From the IMG/VR virus record IMGVR_UViG_3300027764_000003, positions 1 to 34,467 of that record: a DNA stretch of 34,467 nt; one strand, 5' to 3'. Position numbers and translations under genes: made by a program. The notes beneath the pieces were generated by a model that made no database searches, was not told the DNA's origin, and was given only the letters and a program-made list of their open reading frames with translations. Source of the DNA: a virus (lineage: Duplodnaviria > Caudoviricetes). Shown piece after piece: positions 24,726-33,713 of the stretch; within the stretch, counting starts at the first letter, position 1, and the number at the start of each line of letters is the position of its first letter.

Positions 24726-26419
24726 TGAGCACAATTTCAGAAATCATAACAGCGCTACCACCAAACCCCGATCCGGTTACAGAAACACCGGATGAGTTTA
24801 GCGCAACGGCAAGCACGTTCGTTGCGGCATTGGGGCCAATGGTCACAGAAATAAATCTGTGGGCAACTGAGGCAAATGTGGTTGCAGGCGAGGTCAATAC
24901 CAACGCGACTGCGGCTACGACTGCGGCATCTGCTGCGAGCGTGTCCGCTTTAGCGGCTGCAAACAGTGCTACGGCATCGGCTGCAAGCGCGAACTATGTC
25001 GGGGCGTACTCAGCGCAGACCGGCGCAAAAACAGCGGGCATCTCGGTAGATCATATTGGTGCGCTCTGGCTGCTGAACGCGAACACTGCTGATGTGACAC
25101 TGGACGTGCCCGGCACTTCTGGAAAGTGGTCGCGGATGTTCGGCAACGGGCAGATATTCCAGCGAGCAACGAACGTCAAATTCGTGGCGGAAGATTCTGG
25201 AAAGATTTTTGAATATACATCTGGCACATTCACGCAGACTTTCGATCCGGCTGCTACGCTGAAAGAAAATTGGTTTGCATACGTCCGCAGCACTGGCGGC
25301 TATGTGACTTTCGACCCGGATGCTGCCGAGACTATTGATGTTTCTTTCATCGGGCCGGGGCAGATGTACCTGATTATGTATAACACTTCCTCCTCTTTCC
25401 GCGTTATTAACCTGACGCCGAATTCTTCGAACTTTGGGCAGATGGTAGCGTTTGAGGCAAGCGGCACATTCACGGCAGCAAAAACCGGCTGGCACCGTGC
25501 CACAGTCGTTGGTGCTGGTGGCTCAGGTGCGCTGTCTTTTAACGGTGCTGCTGGTGCGACGCAACAACGCGCAACTGGCGGGGGTGCTGGCGGGTGTGCG
25601 CTGAAAGAATTCTGGGCGGCATCTGGCGCGACCTACACGGTCACGATTGGAACAGGCGGCACATTACCGGCTACCAGAACGACCACTGGAGTGACGGCAG
25701 GAAGCACGGGCGGGACAACTACCTTTGTCGGCTCCGGTGTTTCTATCACCTGCACAGGCGGGGCCGGTGGAACTGCTGTTAACGGCACCACAGCAACAAC
25801 TGCGGGCGCTGCCGGTGGAACTGCAACCGGCGGTGATTTAAACTACTCAGGCGGGGCGTCTGGAAGCGCACAAAATGTCGGCGTAAGCGGGCTGGCAGGA
25901 AGTGGCGGCGGGGCAGTAGGAGTGCGCGGAACAGGCGCGGCTTCTGGCGCTGCTGTAGTAAGCGCGAGCCTGGTAGCTGCGACCGGCGGGGCTGGCACTG
26001 GCGGGGCATCTGGGGCCGCAACCGCAACGACCGTTAACAGTTACAGCGCAGGCGGCGGCAGTGCCGGGGCGAGTGCTGCGGTAACAAATGCTACTGGCGG
26101 CACTGGCGGAATCGGATTTGCTTCCTCTCTGACTGTTGCACAACTCAACAGCATTGGCACTGCTGCTAGTGCGGGCGGCGCAAGCAGCGCAACTGCTGGC
26201 AACGGCGGGGCAGGTTCTGGCGCAGGAGGATCAGGCTCCGGGGCATCAGGCTTATTTGCCGGGACTGGGGCTTCTATCGTTGCAGACAACTCTTGTAATG
26301 TTGGCACACCGGGCAGGGGCGCAGGTTCTGGTGCTGGTATTGTCTGGGACTCAGGAGCAATTGGGTATGCGGCTGTTGGCAGAGCCGGTGGCACCGGTCT
26401 AGTGATCGTGGAGTATTGA
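24725..26419 (+). CDS. Tail fibre-like protein with glycine-rich C-terminal domain
   Basis: N-terminal ALPPNP anchor and Ala-rich coil, then FEASGTFT...VGAGGSG...GGTGLVIVEY Gly-rich domain. Confidence 0.8.
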   Translation: MSTISEIITALPPNPDPVTETPDEFSATASTFVAALGPMVTEINLWATEANVVAGEVNTNATAATTAASAASVSALAAANSATASAASANYVGAYSAQTGAKTAGISVDHIGALWLLNANTADVTLDVPGTSGKWSRMFGNGQIFQRATNVKFVAEDSGKIFEYTSGTFTQTFDPAATLKENWFAYVRSTGGYVTFDPDAAETIDVSFIGPGQMYLIMYNTSSSFRVINLTPNSSNFGQMVAFEASGTFTAAKTGWHRATVVGAGGSGALSFNGAAGATQQRATGGGAGGCALKEFWAASGATYTVTIGTGGTLPATRTTTGVTAGSTGGTTTFVGSGVSITCTGGAGGTAVNGTTATTAGAAGGTATGGDLNYSGGASGSAQNVGVSGLAGSGGGAVGVRGTGAASGAAVVSASLVAATGGAGTGGASGAATATTVNSYSAGGGSAGASAAVTNATGGTGGIGFASSLTVAQLNSIGTAASAGGASSATAGNGGAGSGAGGSGSGASGLFAGTGASIVADNSCNVGTPGRGAGSGAGIVWDSGAIGYAAVGRAGGTGLVIVEY

Positions 26420-26421
26420 GC

Positions 26422-26784
26422 ATGACATTCAAAATAATCGACCAGCAAGGCACAGTGCTCAACATTATCGAGGCAAGCGCCGAATTCATGGCCGCACATT
26501 ATCCGCCGGTCACGACGGACGGGGTGGAGTGGGCGCAATACCGAGAGGTGCCGGTTGAGCAGGAAGCGCCGACAATCTGCACAATGGCGCAAGCACGAAA
26601 GGCGCTGCTGACCGCTGGCGTTACTGCCGCACAGGTCGAGGCGGCATTGGCAGATGACCCGATGGGCCTGATTGACTGGGAATTCCAGACCGAGGTGCAT
26701 CGCTCCTCGCCTCTGGTGCAATCCGTTGGCGCGGCTCTCGGGCTTTCAGTAGATGATCTTTTCCGTCTGGCGGTGACACTGTGA
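26422..26784 (+). CDS. Fibre-associated protein / possible chaperone
   Basis: ATG26422 after GGAG. QARKALL...IDWEF...VDDLFRLA pattern is typical of genes after fibres. Confidence 0.7.
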   Translation: MTFKIIDQQGTVLNIIEASAEFMAAHYPPVTTDGVEWAQYREVPVEQEAPTICTMAQARKALLTAGVTAAQVEAALADDPMGLIDWEFQTEVHRSSPLVQSVGAALGLSVDDLFRLAVTL

Positions 26785-27956
26785 TTTTGCGACCGCTGTA
26801 TCGGGGCCAGGATTTGCCTACCAGCTTGGCGGTCGATATGATTGCGGCGGCGCCAACTGGAATAACGGTTCCACACAGCACTACTTTTGATTTGGGTTCG
26901 ACGTCTTTCTCGCTGCCGTTCTGGGGGGAGCTGGATGACAGCACACCGGCAGCGCAGCAATGGATTTACTACAAATATCAGGACGCGAGCAACTATTGGG
27001 GGCTGTGTGTCAGCACTGACGGCACTCTGCAATTTATCGCAGTGGTGGGCGGCGTCACAATCCTGTCACTGACTTCAACGGTGGCAATTCCGACCGGCGT
27101 TATTTTCGGCGCGGTGTCCGTTACACGCGAGTCGGCGCTGGTCGCTGGCTCTGCTGTTTTCGTGGTCAGCAGCGCACAGCTAGGCACGTCGGTTGCAATC
27201 ACTGCGGCGACCCCGCCGACCATTTCAAACACGGGTATTTTGTACCTTGCGGGTACAAATGCTGCCGGGTCTGACATGACCATACGTGCCGCTTATCCGT
27301 ACAACCGGGCGCTGTCGCTTGCTGAAGTAACGGCACTGGAGAAAAGCGGCGTCGCTGCGGTAGATGTAGGAGGAACACAGACTCCGGTCTATGCGAGCGA
27401 TTTTAGTGTGGGCGTGGATGGCTGGACCGGGACCAGCATGACCGTGGCAGGCAACATCGACGGGATTGATGGCGTGGACAATGTACTGCGATCAACGTGC
27501 AGCAGCACTGGCACGGGGCGTCGCATTGCAAAGACTGTCGCGCTCACTTTGGGACTGCGCTATTCCATTGAAATAATCGTAAATTTCCCGATTGCAAACG
27601 TCAGTGCTGATTCGTTCCTGATAGGCAATCAATCTGGCACTGTCCTCGCGTCAAGCACTCAACAATCCAATGTCACCAAAGGCGCGTGGGTGCGGTATTA
27701 TTACGAATTTACTGCCGCAGTGGCCGCGACCGGGATCAGAATTTACACAGGTACCAGTGCTAGCACATCGTCGTCGACAACGCTTAACGACATCATGTAT
27801 ATCAGTGCTTTCAATTTGAAACGTATCGGCAACACGTTAAATCTGGAGCCGAGCGGGCTGCCAACATCGGACACCACATGGACTGACTCAAGCGGCAACG
27901 CAAACAACGGCACGCTGCCAGCTTCTGGGGCCACGAAAGTCACGCTGAGAAAATAA
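26781..27956 (+). CDS. LamG/concanavalin-A-like virion protein with an extra beta-sandwich module
   Basis: ITVPHSTTFDLGSTSFSL, YNRALSLAEV and DSSGNANNGTL LamG motifs. Confidence 0.7.
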   Translation: MILRPLYRGQDLPTSLAVDMIAAAPTGITVPHSTTFDLGSTSFSLPFWGELDDSTPAAQQWIYYKYQDASNYWGLCVSTDGTLQFIAVVGGVTILSLTSTVAIPTGVIFGAVSVTRESALVAGSAVFVVSSAQLGTSVAITAATPPTISNTGILYLAGTNAAGSDMTIRAAYPYNRALSLAEVTALEKSGVAAVDVGGTQTPVYASDFSVGVDGWTGTSMTVAGNIDGIDGVDNVLRSTCSSTGTGRRIAKTVALTLGLRYSIEIIVNFPIANVSADSFLIGNQSGTVLASSTQQSNVTKGAWVRYYYEFTAAVAATGIRIYTGTSASTSSSTTLNDIMYISAFNLKRIGNTLNLEPSGLPTSDTTWTDSSGNANNGTLPASGATKVTLRK

Positions 27957-27970
27957 AGGAGCATTCAAGA

Positions 27971-28225
27971 ATGGATTATCAGGTCATGTTCAATATCGTT
28001 TTGGGTGGGTTTTCTTTTCTCGCTGGTTTTTTACTGAACAATATTTGGAGCGAAATCAAACAGTTACAAGAGAATGAGCGCGAGACAACCGTGCGAATCA
28101 GCGCCATTGAAGTGCTGGTAGCTGGCCAATACGTGAAGCGCGATGAGTATCGGCACGATATTGAAAAACTATTTCAGAAGGTTGATTCCATTATTAGCAG
28201 CTTATCCGCAAAGGTAGACAAATAA
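27971..28225 (+). CDS. Small membrane protein (N-terminal TM plus coiled coil), lysis-associated
   Basis: AAGGAG SD, one hydrophobic segment, YVKRDEY motif. Confidence 0.7.
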   Translation: MDYQVMFNIVLGGFSFLAGFLLNNIWSEIKQLQENERETTVRISAIEVLVAGQYVKRDEYRHDIEKLFQKVDSIISSLSAKVDK

Positions 28226-28707
28226 TGATGACTCTATTATCTACCCTGCTAGGCTTTGCTTCCGCTGGGCTACCTAAAGTGATGGATTACTTTCAAGACC
28301 GAGGCGACAAAAAGCACGAACTGGCGCTTATGGCTATGCAGCAGTCGCGTGATATTGCGCTCGCCAAAGAGGGCTACATCGCGCAGGCGAGAGTCGAGGA
28401 AATTAAAACCGATCAGGTTGAAATGCAGACCCAAGCGCAAGAACGGGTCGCCATGTACAAGCACGATATGAAGATTGGGGACGGTGCCAGCACGTGGGTA
28501 ATTAACCTGCGGGCTTCTGTCCGACCAATCGTGACATACGTCTTCGTTGGCCTGCTGGTCGTCGTGGATATTGCTGCCATCTGGTACGCCTATTCCACTG
28601 GCGTGGCTTTTGCTGACGCCATGACGCTGGTCTTCTCAGATGATGAGATGAGCATACTGGCGGCAATCATTGCATTCCACTTCGGCGGCAGAGCGTTTAG
28701 CAAGTGA
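28225..28707 (+). CDS. Putative holin (3-TM type)
   Basis: Three hydrophobic segments, DKKHEL, LRASVRPIVTY, FHFGGR. Adjacent to the lysozyme gene. Confidence 0.75.
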   Translation: MMTLLSTLLGFASAGLPKVMDYFQDRGDKKHELALMAMQQSRDIALAKEGYIAQARVEEIKTDQVEMQTQAQERVAMYKHDMKIGDGASTWVINLRASVRPIVTYVFVGLLVVVDIAAIWYAYSTGVAFADAMTLVFSDDEMSILAAIIAFHFGGRAFSK

Positions 28708-29189
28708 AAATGTCCGACGCTGGCATTGAGTTAATAAAAGCTTTTGAAGGGTGCCAGCACACGCCATATCGCTGCCCTGCTGCGCTTTGGACGATAGGGT
28801 ATGGTCATGTGTTGTATCCAGACCAAGCACGCCTAAAGACCCCAGAAAGAGCCTCCTACCCGCTTAAATCAGAGCATAGTCGAGCATATGAGTATGACGA
28901 AATTGATGAATTATTGCAGAAAGATTTGGTTCAATTTTCGGATGGGGTTTTACGACTATGCCCTGCTATTGGCGGTAGTCAGTCTCAGCTTGATGCAGTT
29001 GGCAGTCTTGCTTTCAATATCGGGCTAGGAAACTTACAAGCCAGCACCCTGCGAATGAAATACAATCGCGGGGACTACGCTGGCGCGGCAGATGAATTTT
29101 TGAAATGGCGCAAGTCGAACGGTGTGGTGCTGCGAGGTCTTGAGCGCAGGCGAGAAGCAGAGCGGGCGCTTTTCCTCTCTGGTTGCTAG
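28704..29189 (+). CDS. Endolysin, GH24 lysozyme
   Basis: LIKAFEG, YRCPAALWTIGYGH, AFNIG, GLERRREAERALF. Confidence 0.95.
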   Translation: MKMSDAGIELIKAFEGCQHTPYRCPAALWTIGYGHVLYPDQARLKTPERASYPLKSEHSRAYEYDEIDELLQKDLVQFSDGVLRLCPAIGGSQSQLDAVGSLAFNIGLGNLQASTLRMKYNRGDYAGAADEFLKWRKSNGVVLRGLERRREAERALFLSGC

Positions 29190-29193
29190 AATA

Positions 29194-29448
29194 TCAAGCA
29201 TTGACTGAGCCATTCTTATCCTTACATTCAAAACAATCGTCACACTTCCAGCCTTTTACTGCCTTTCTTTTTCCTCTTACCTTGTGCTGTTTGCAAGTTT
29301 CGCAAAATCTTTTTTGGTAATTAAGAAAAACTTGGCGCAAAGGCTTATCTTTTTCTTTCTGCAAATAATTCCCTTCGCCAACATCAAAAGATGCCCCCAT
29401 GCCTTTCCATCCTCTTTTGGGAAAGCCGGTTTCTGTAAATCCACTCAT
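29194..29448 (-). CDS. Small basic zinc-ribbon protein
   Basis: CETC and CDDC pairs, AAGGA SD. Confidence 0.65.
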   Translation of the reverse strand: MSGFTETGFPKRGWKGMGASFDVGEGNYLQKEKDKPLRQVFLNYQKRFCETCKQHKVRGKRKAVKGWKCDDCFECKDKNGSVNA

Positions 29449-29474
29449 ATTTTTTCCTTGCTTTGTTTATCTTC

Positions 29475-29535
29475 AAAAACTCCCGCCCCTGTCTGCACAC
29501 CCAATTTACGACCGTAAAAGGTACAGAGGCGGGAA
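29475..29535 (-). terminator. Branched hairpin followed by T5 (terminator/attenuator-like)
   Basis: Minus strand TCCCGCCTCTGT / ACAGGGGCGGGA outer stem, inner TTTACG/CGTAAA, then GTTTTT. Confidence 0.5.
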
Positions 29536-29539
29536 TGCG

Positions 29540-29677
29540 TTACGCGCTGGCGTATTCTTTAATGATTGTCTTCATCATTCTTATTTCAATTTCTAACTTT
29601 TTAGTCAGTAATTCATCCGCGCAAGCCATCTGCTTTGTCTTTTCTGACAAGATAAATTCTAAGCAATTTATATCCAT
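29540..29677 (-). CDS. Hypothetical 45-aa protein (not in the ORF track)
   Basis: MDINCLEFILSEKTKQMACADELLTKKLEIEIRMMKTIIKEYASA. Start overlaps the VRR-NUC stop (TAATG). Confidence 0.55.
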   Translation of the reverse strand: MDINCLEFILSEKTKQMACADELLTKKLEIEIRMMKTIIKEYASA

Positions 29678-30057
29678 TATTCCATTTCCTTTTTTTCTTT
29701 AAAATTCAAGACGTACTCTTTCCCGGCGGCGCAACCACGGGCCACAAAAGTGCTATAACCCAAGCGGTTCAGATAGGCGATCCAATCTTTTTGCTCTGCT
29801 GATACGCTGCCGCCCTTTGATTTCTTGAACTCAATCCATAGACGCCATTCTGGAATAAATAAATCTGGAACTCCGGGGCTGACGCCTTCCAGTTTGAGTC
29901 TGCCGCCTTCGCGCTTTGAGCGAGCACCGCCATTTGGGATGGCGAATATACGGACAAGCGGGAAAGCCCTGCGAAACCACCAGACAAACTCCCGTTGCTC
30001 CTCATGCTCGGATGGCACTTTCAGAACGGTATTCGCATTTCCGACCAGTCGGGGCAT
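29677..30057 (-). CDS. VRR-NUC domain nuclease
   Basis: SEHEEQ, FAIPNGG, GVPDLF, IEFK, SAEQKDW. The true start may be downstream of 30057. Confidence 0.9.
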   Translation of the reverse strand: MPRLVGNANTVLKVPSEHEEQREFVWWFRRAFPLVRIFAIPNGGARSKREGGRLKLEGVSPGVPDLFIPEWRLWIEFKKSKGGSVSAEQKDWIAYLNRLGYSTFVARGCAAGKEYVLNFKEKKEME

Positions 30058-30209
30058 ACGTCAAACTCCTGTGCGAATTGTTCGGGAACGACCTGATGGT
30101 GCTTTGTGCATTCTGCCGTTTTGAGTAGAAAATACTCACAGCTAAAACAGCACTTTGGCGGTCGTCTATTGTAATAATCGGTTATTATTTGAGGCTGCTT
30201 ATAAATCAA
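30021..30209 (-). CDS. Small Cys-rich protein
   Basis: PKCCFSCEY...C...CPDW, ATGA overlap with the helicase stop. Confidence 0.7.
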   Translation of the reverse strand: MIYKQPQIITDYYNRRPPKCCFSCEYFLLKTAECTKHHQVVPEQFAQEFDVCPDWSEMRIPF

Positions 30210-31789
30210 AACTCTCTCCTTGTGACTCTAAAATACTTGCCATCTTTTTTGTATCTGATTCTTTCCGGCTTTCTTCCCATATTCATTTCGTAGCATATCT
30301 CGTCAATATCAGAATTTTTCATCGCTGACACTGCCCCGCACTGGCTGGCAATAGCAGAAAGACTCTGCACTGCTGCCGTGCCTGAATACCCTTCATGTAG
30401 AATAGTAAAATATTCTGTAATGATTGGGTCTGAAATGCCTCCATAATAATTAACGGCGATCATTATTTTACCAGATGACCGGCTTGTGTGCTTACGCCAC
30501 TGCCAATCTGTAACGGTTATTTCAGACGGGTCTGCGCCCATTATGTCGCCGTCATAGAGGCGATAGGTTTTTTCTTCAGGCACCGGGAACGGCTCACCGC
30601 AGGCTGGGCAAACCTTTGCCGATATATGCACAATCTCGCCGCAGGATTCGCAGACCTTTACCGGCGCTTCGCCTGTGCCGCTGCCTTTCTTTTTCGGCGG
30701 CGTCACGTTGGTGATCGGGCCGTGAGTCTCGACCACGCCAGCAAAGTCGAGCACCATACAGTGGTCTGTATGGCTCTTTGGGCGCAATCCTCTGCCAGCC
30801 ATCTGGACGTACAGGGCTGGCGACATCGTGGCGCGAAGCATAGCTATGAGGTCAATATCGGGGTAATCAAATCCAGTCGTCAGCACATTGGCGTTCGTCA
30901 GAGCGCGAATCTTTCCGGCTTTAAAATCTGAAATCATTTCATCGCGCTGTTTTTTCGGCGTCTCGCCTGTAATGCACTCTGCTGAGATTCCGTTCTCTTT
31001 GAGCATGGCCGCGATGTTATGCGCGTGTTGCACCCCGGCGCAAAAGAACAGCCACGCCTTGCGATCTCCTGCGAGCTTTATTACTTCAGAAACGACCGCC
31101 TCATTGTGCAAGTCGGTGTCGAAAGCTGCCTGCATTTCGCTCTCGATAAATTCGCCGCCTCGCTTATGCAGGCCGTCCGTGCTCAGTTTTTCGGTTGTGA
31201 TCTTTGAGCGCAGCGGCGCAAGGTAACCTTTATGCACCAGCTCCTCGATGCTGACCGGCTCGATCAAAGCATCAAACAGCGCGGGCTTGTCTGTAATCAT
31301 GCCGTGCCCTAAGCGATATGGCGTCGCTGTCAGGCCGATTACGCGCAGGGCCGGGTTGATCTCCATCAGGTCACCGATCAGCGTTCTATAGCCACCTCCG
31401 TCGTTGTGACCGATAAGGTGGCACTCGTCAACAATAATCAGATCAACGTGCCCGATCTGGTCGGCCTTGTTTCGCACCGATTGAATCCCGGCAAAGGTTA
31501 TCGGCTCGGAAAGGTTACGCTTGCCCAAACCAGCAGAGTAGATTCCGAGCGGGGCACCCTTCCAATGCTGGCGCATTTTCTCGGCGTTCTGTGCTATCAA
31601 TTCACGAACGTGAGTGAGCATTAAAATGCGCGTCTCAGGCCAGTTTTGAAGCGCGTCTCTGCAAAGCTCTGCGACGATGTGGCTTTTGCCTGACCCCGTT
31701 GGTAGCACGATACATGGATTGCCTTCGCCACCATCACCAAACCAGCGATAGAGCTGGTCGATTGATCGTTGTTGATATTCTCTCAGCAT
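30206..31789 (-). CDS. Superfamily 2 (DEAD/DEAH-box) helicase, RadD/YejH-like, with zinc ribbon
   Basis: LREYQ, LPTGSGKS, DECH, GLTATP, LTTGFD, QMAGRGLR, CESC...CPAC. Confidence 0.95.
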   Translation of the reverse strand: MLREYQQRSIDQLYRWFGDGGEGNPCIVLPTGSGKSHIVAELCRDALQNWPETRILMLTHVRELIAQNAEKMRQHWKGAPLGIYSAGLGKRNLSEPITFAGIQSVRNKADQIGHVDLIIVDECHLIGHNDGGGYRTLIGDLMEINPALRVIGLTATPYRLGHGMITDKPALFDALIEPVSIEELVHKGYLAPLRSKITTEKLSTDGLHKRGGEFIESEMQAAFDTDLHNEAVVSEVIKLAGDRKAWLFFCAGVQHAHNIAAMLKENGISAECITGETPKKQRDEMISDFKAGKIRALTNANVLTTGFDYPDIDLIAMLRATMSPALYVQMAGRGLRPKSHTDHCMVLDFAGVVETHGPITNVTPPKKKGSGTGEAPVKVCESCGEIVHISAKVCPACGEPFPVPEEKTYRLYDGDIMGADPSEITVTDWQWRKHTSRSSGKIMIAVNYYGGISDPIITEYFTILHEGYSGTAAVQSLSAIASQCGAVSAMKNSDIDEICYEMNMGRKPERIRYKKDGKYFRVTRREF

Positions 31790-32811
31790 ATTCGTGCCCC
31801 AAATTGTTCACGCAGTGCCGCCACGTTTTCATCTCCGCTGAGTGCAAGTGGCAGGTTTGCCAACAACTCGCTGCTGCTGTAACCATCTTCGCCATTGATA
31901 ACCTCTCTGCCCGTCTGCCCGTCATAAATTTCATAGATTGCAGACCAGTCTCCTGACCCGCCAGCCAATGTCCACGGCACAAGATCAGGGTGCATCACAT
32001 GACTATCGCACCCGGCGTGTTGCGCCTCTATCGGTATGCTGTCGCCCCAGCGGGCGCAATGCCAGCTTCCATCTTGTTTCGGCGTTGAGTGCGAGCAGGT
32101 GCGGCAATTTGCTTTTGTTGCTGTTTTGGTCTTGTGGCAAAACTCATACGATGAGCAAAACTTGCACTGATACCAAGCGGGCGACGCGCCTGCAATCGGC
32201 TCTGGAATCCGCTCGGTCAAAGCAATGCGCTGGCCTTTTTCAACCAACGCTTCCGCGCTTTCCTTGTCCAGTCTGACCCGCTCGGTATAGATACGGTCAT
32301 CGTCTTTGCACACCGCATAATACAAAGCGCGGTCCACTTTCGCGCCGAGCATATAGACCTGCATCTGCGCCCAATGCAGGGGCTTTGATGCCTGTACGCC
32401 TTTTGCTTCGAGGTCGTTGAAGGACTTCAGGCTATGCGTTTTTATCTCAAGAACGTGCGGCTTGCTCGGCGACTCAGGCACTCCCGACTTGATGATGCCG
32501 TCAATGCTGCCGGAGACGTGGCACCCGAAATTAACACGGCTCTGGCTTTCGCCGGTGTCGGTCACATGGCACCCGGCGGCGCGAAGGTCAGATACTACCG
32601 TTGCTTCCTCATTTTGACCGCGACGGAACAGGCGCAGGATTCGACCGGGGAAAGCCTCAGGCGTTGCCCAGCGAAAAGACAGCCACAGCTTGCGCTCACA
32701 TGGCTCTCCGAGCATGGAGCACCCCATGTGGCTTCTGGGGCGTTCCTGACGTTGTTCATGCGCGACGTCGATGGCTGCGGATAAGGTGTTCATTGATTCT
32801 GGTATCTGCAT
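31783..32811 (-). CDS. Cas4-like PD-(D/E)XK exonuclease
   Basis: N-terminal CERKLW, GSIDG, LEIKT, QMQVYM and C-terminal CKFCSSYEFC cysteines. Confidence 0.85.
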   Translation of the reverse strand: MQIPESMNTLSAAIDVAHEQRQERPRSHMGCSMLGEPCERKLWLSFRWATPEAFPGRILRLFRRGQNEEATVVSDLRAAGCHVTDTGESQSRVNFGCHVSGSIDGIIKSGVPESPSKPHVLEIKTHSLKSFNDLEAKGVQASKPLHWAQMQVYMLGAKVDRALYYAVCKDDDRIYTERVRLDKESAEALVEKGQRIALTERIPEPIAGASPAWYQCKFCSSYEFCHKTKTATKANCRTCSHSTPKQDGSWHCARWGDSIPIEAQHAGCDSHVMHPDLVPWTLAGGSGDWSAIYEIYDGQTGREVINGEDGYSSSELLANLPLALSGDENVAALREQFGARIC

Positions 32812-32837
32812 AAAAAACAGGGGCTGTTTCCAGCCCC
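32812..32837 (-). terminator. Rho-independent terminator after the SSB gene
   Basis: Minus strand GGGGCTG-GAAA-CAGCCCC-TGTTTTTT. Confidence 0.85.
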
Positions 32838-32844
32838 ATCTCCT

Positions 32845-33327
32845 TTACTTCTTCGCCCAAGGTGGGCTTGACGGTGCCGTTGCTGGTGCGCTTGGGCTTG
32901 CTGCTGGCTTCGGGATAGAAGCGCCTTCGATCGCTTTCCAGCCCTTAATTTCATTCGACGGCTCGTAACCTTCGGAGGTTTTTGTCACCAGCTTAATCGA
33001 GCAGCGATTGCCGATGAGCTGATCTGTGTCAGACACTTTTGCGATGCCGATGGAGCGCAGGAGGTCACCAAGCTGCTGGCGCCCGATTTCCTCGGCCTTC
33101 GGATTTGGGTTTCGGATATTCAAGTTGCCGAATACGACCCGACCTTGATGCGTCGGGCCGGTGATGTCATAGCGCACCTTGATGTACTGCCCGGTGCCTG
33201 CCTTTGTTGTCTCAAGGCTTGCTGCTGCAATGCTTGCTGTATACCAGCCATCTGGAAGCGGCGTGAAGTCTCCGCCAGTGCCTTTGGGCAGTTCGTCTGT
33301 GCTAAATGTTTCGTTCAAAAAAGCCAT
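32845..33327 (-). CDS. DUF669-family single-stranded DNA-binding protein
   Basis: FTPLPDGWY, TKAGTGQY, NEIKGW, flexible tail ending PPWAKK. Lies in a Sak4 operon. Confidence 0.85.
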   Translation of the reverse strand: MAFLNETFSTDELPKGTGGDFTPLPDGWYTASIAAASLETTKAGTGQYIKVRYDITGPTHQGRVVFGNLNIRNPNPKAEEIGRQQLGDLLRSIGIAKVSDTDQLIGNRCSIKLVTKTSEGYEPSNEIKGWKAIEGASIPKPAASPSAPATAPSSPPWAKK

Positions 33328-33329
33328 TC

Positions 33330-33713
33330 TTATTCTCCTAAAGTGATGGCAAACGATGGTCTGCCGGGTGTTGTTGTAATTGCTTCAAGCAGGGTGTTCG
33401 TGATGCTTTCGTCTGCTGCTTTCCAGACTCGCACATTTATTTCAGGCTTCCATCGGAACAGGCTGGACAAGTGCTCAGTCAAGCCGCTTTCGATGGCGAT
33501 CTCTTGCAGCTTGTCGGCGTCTATCTTGGTATTCAAGCGACCGACCAGCTTGATCTTGTACTCTCCTGCGGCGGCATTTTCTGTGCCATCAAAGGCTTCG
33601 GACAGACCGATCAAAGACAACATTCTGTCCTCAACCAATCGGCGCTCGTCCTGAGCTGCTTTCTCGGCTTCTTTTGCGGCTATCCATTGGGCCGACAAAT
33701 CGGACAGATTCAT
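33330..33713 (-). CDS. Conserved hypothetical protein of the recombination module
   Basis: ATG33713 overlaps the ATPase stop. LFRWKPE and TTPGRPSF motifs. Confidence 0.8.
   Translation of the reverse strand: MNLSDLSAQWIAAKEAEKAAQDERRLVEDRMLSLIGLSEAFDGTENAAAGEYKIKLVGRLNTKIDADKLQEIAIESGLTEHLSSLFRWKPEINVRVWKAADESITNTLLEAITTTPGRPSFAITLGE

Noticed and set aside
24725-27956. Diversity-generating retroelement or invertible fibre cassette
   Set aside because: No reverse transcriptase, invertase or template/variable repeat pair is visible.
31783-32811. Cas4-like gene as evidence of a CRISPR-Cas system
   Set aside because: Stand-alone Cas4-like nucleases are normal in phage Sak4/SSB/helicase modules, and there is no array or other cas gene.
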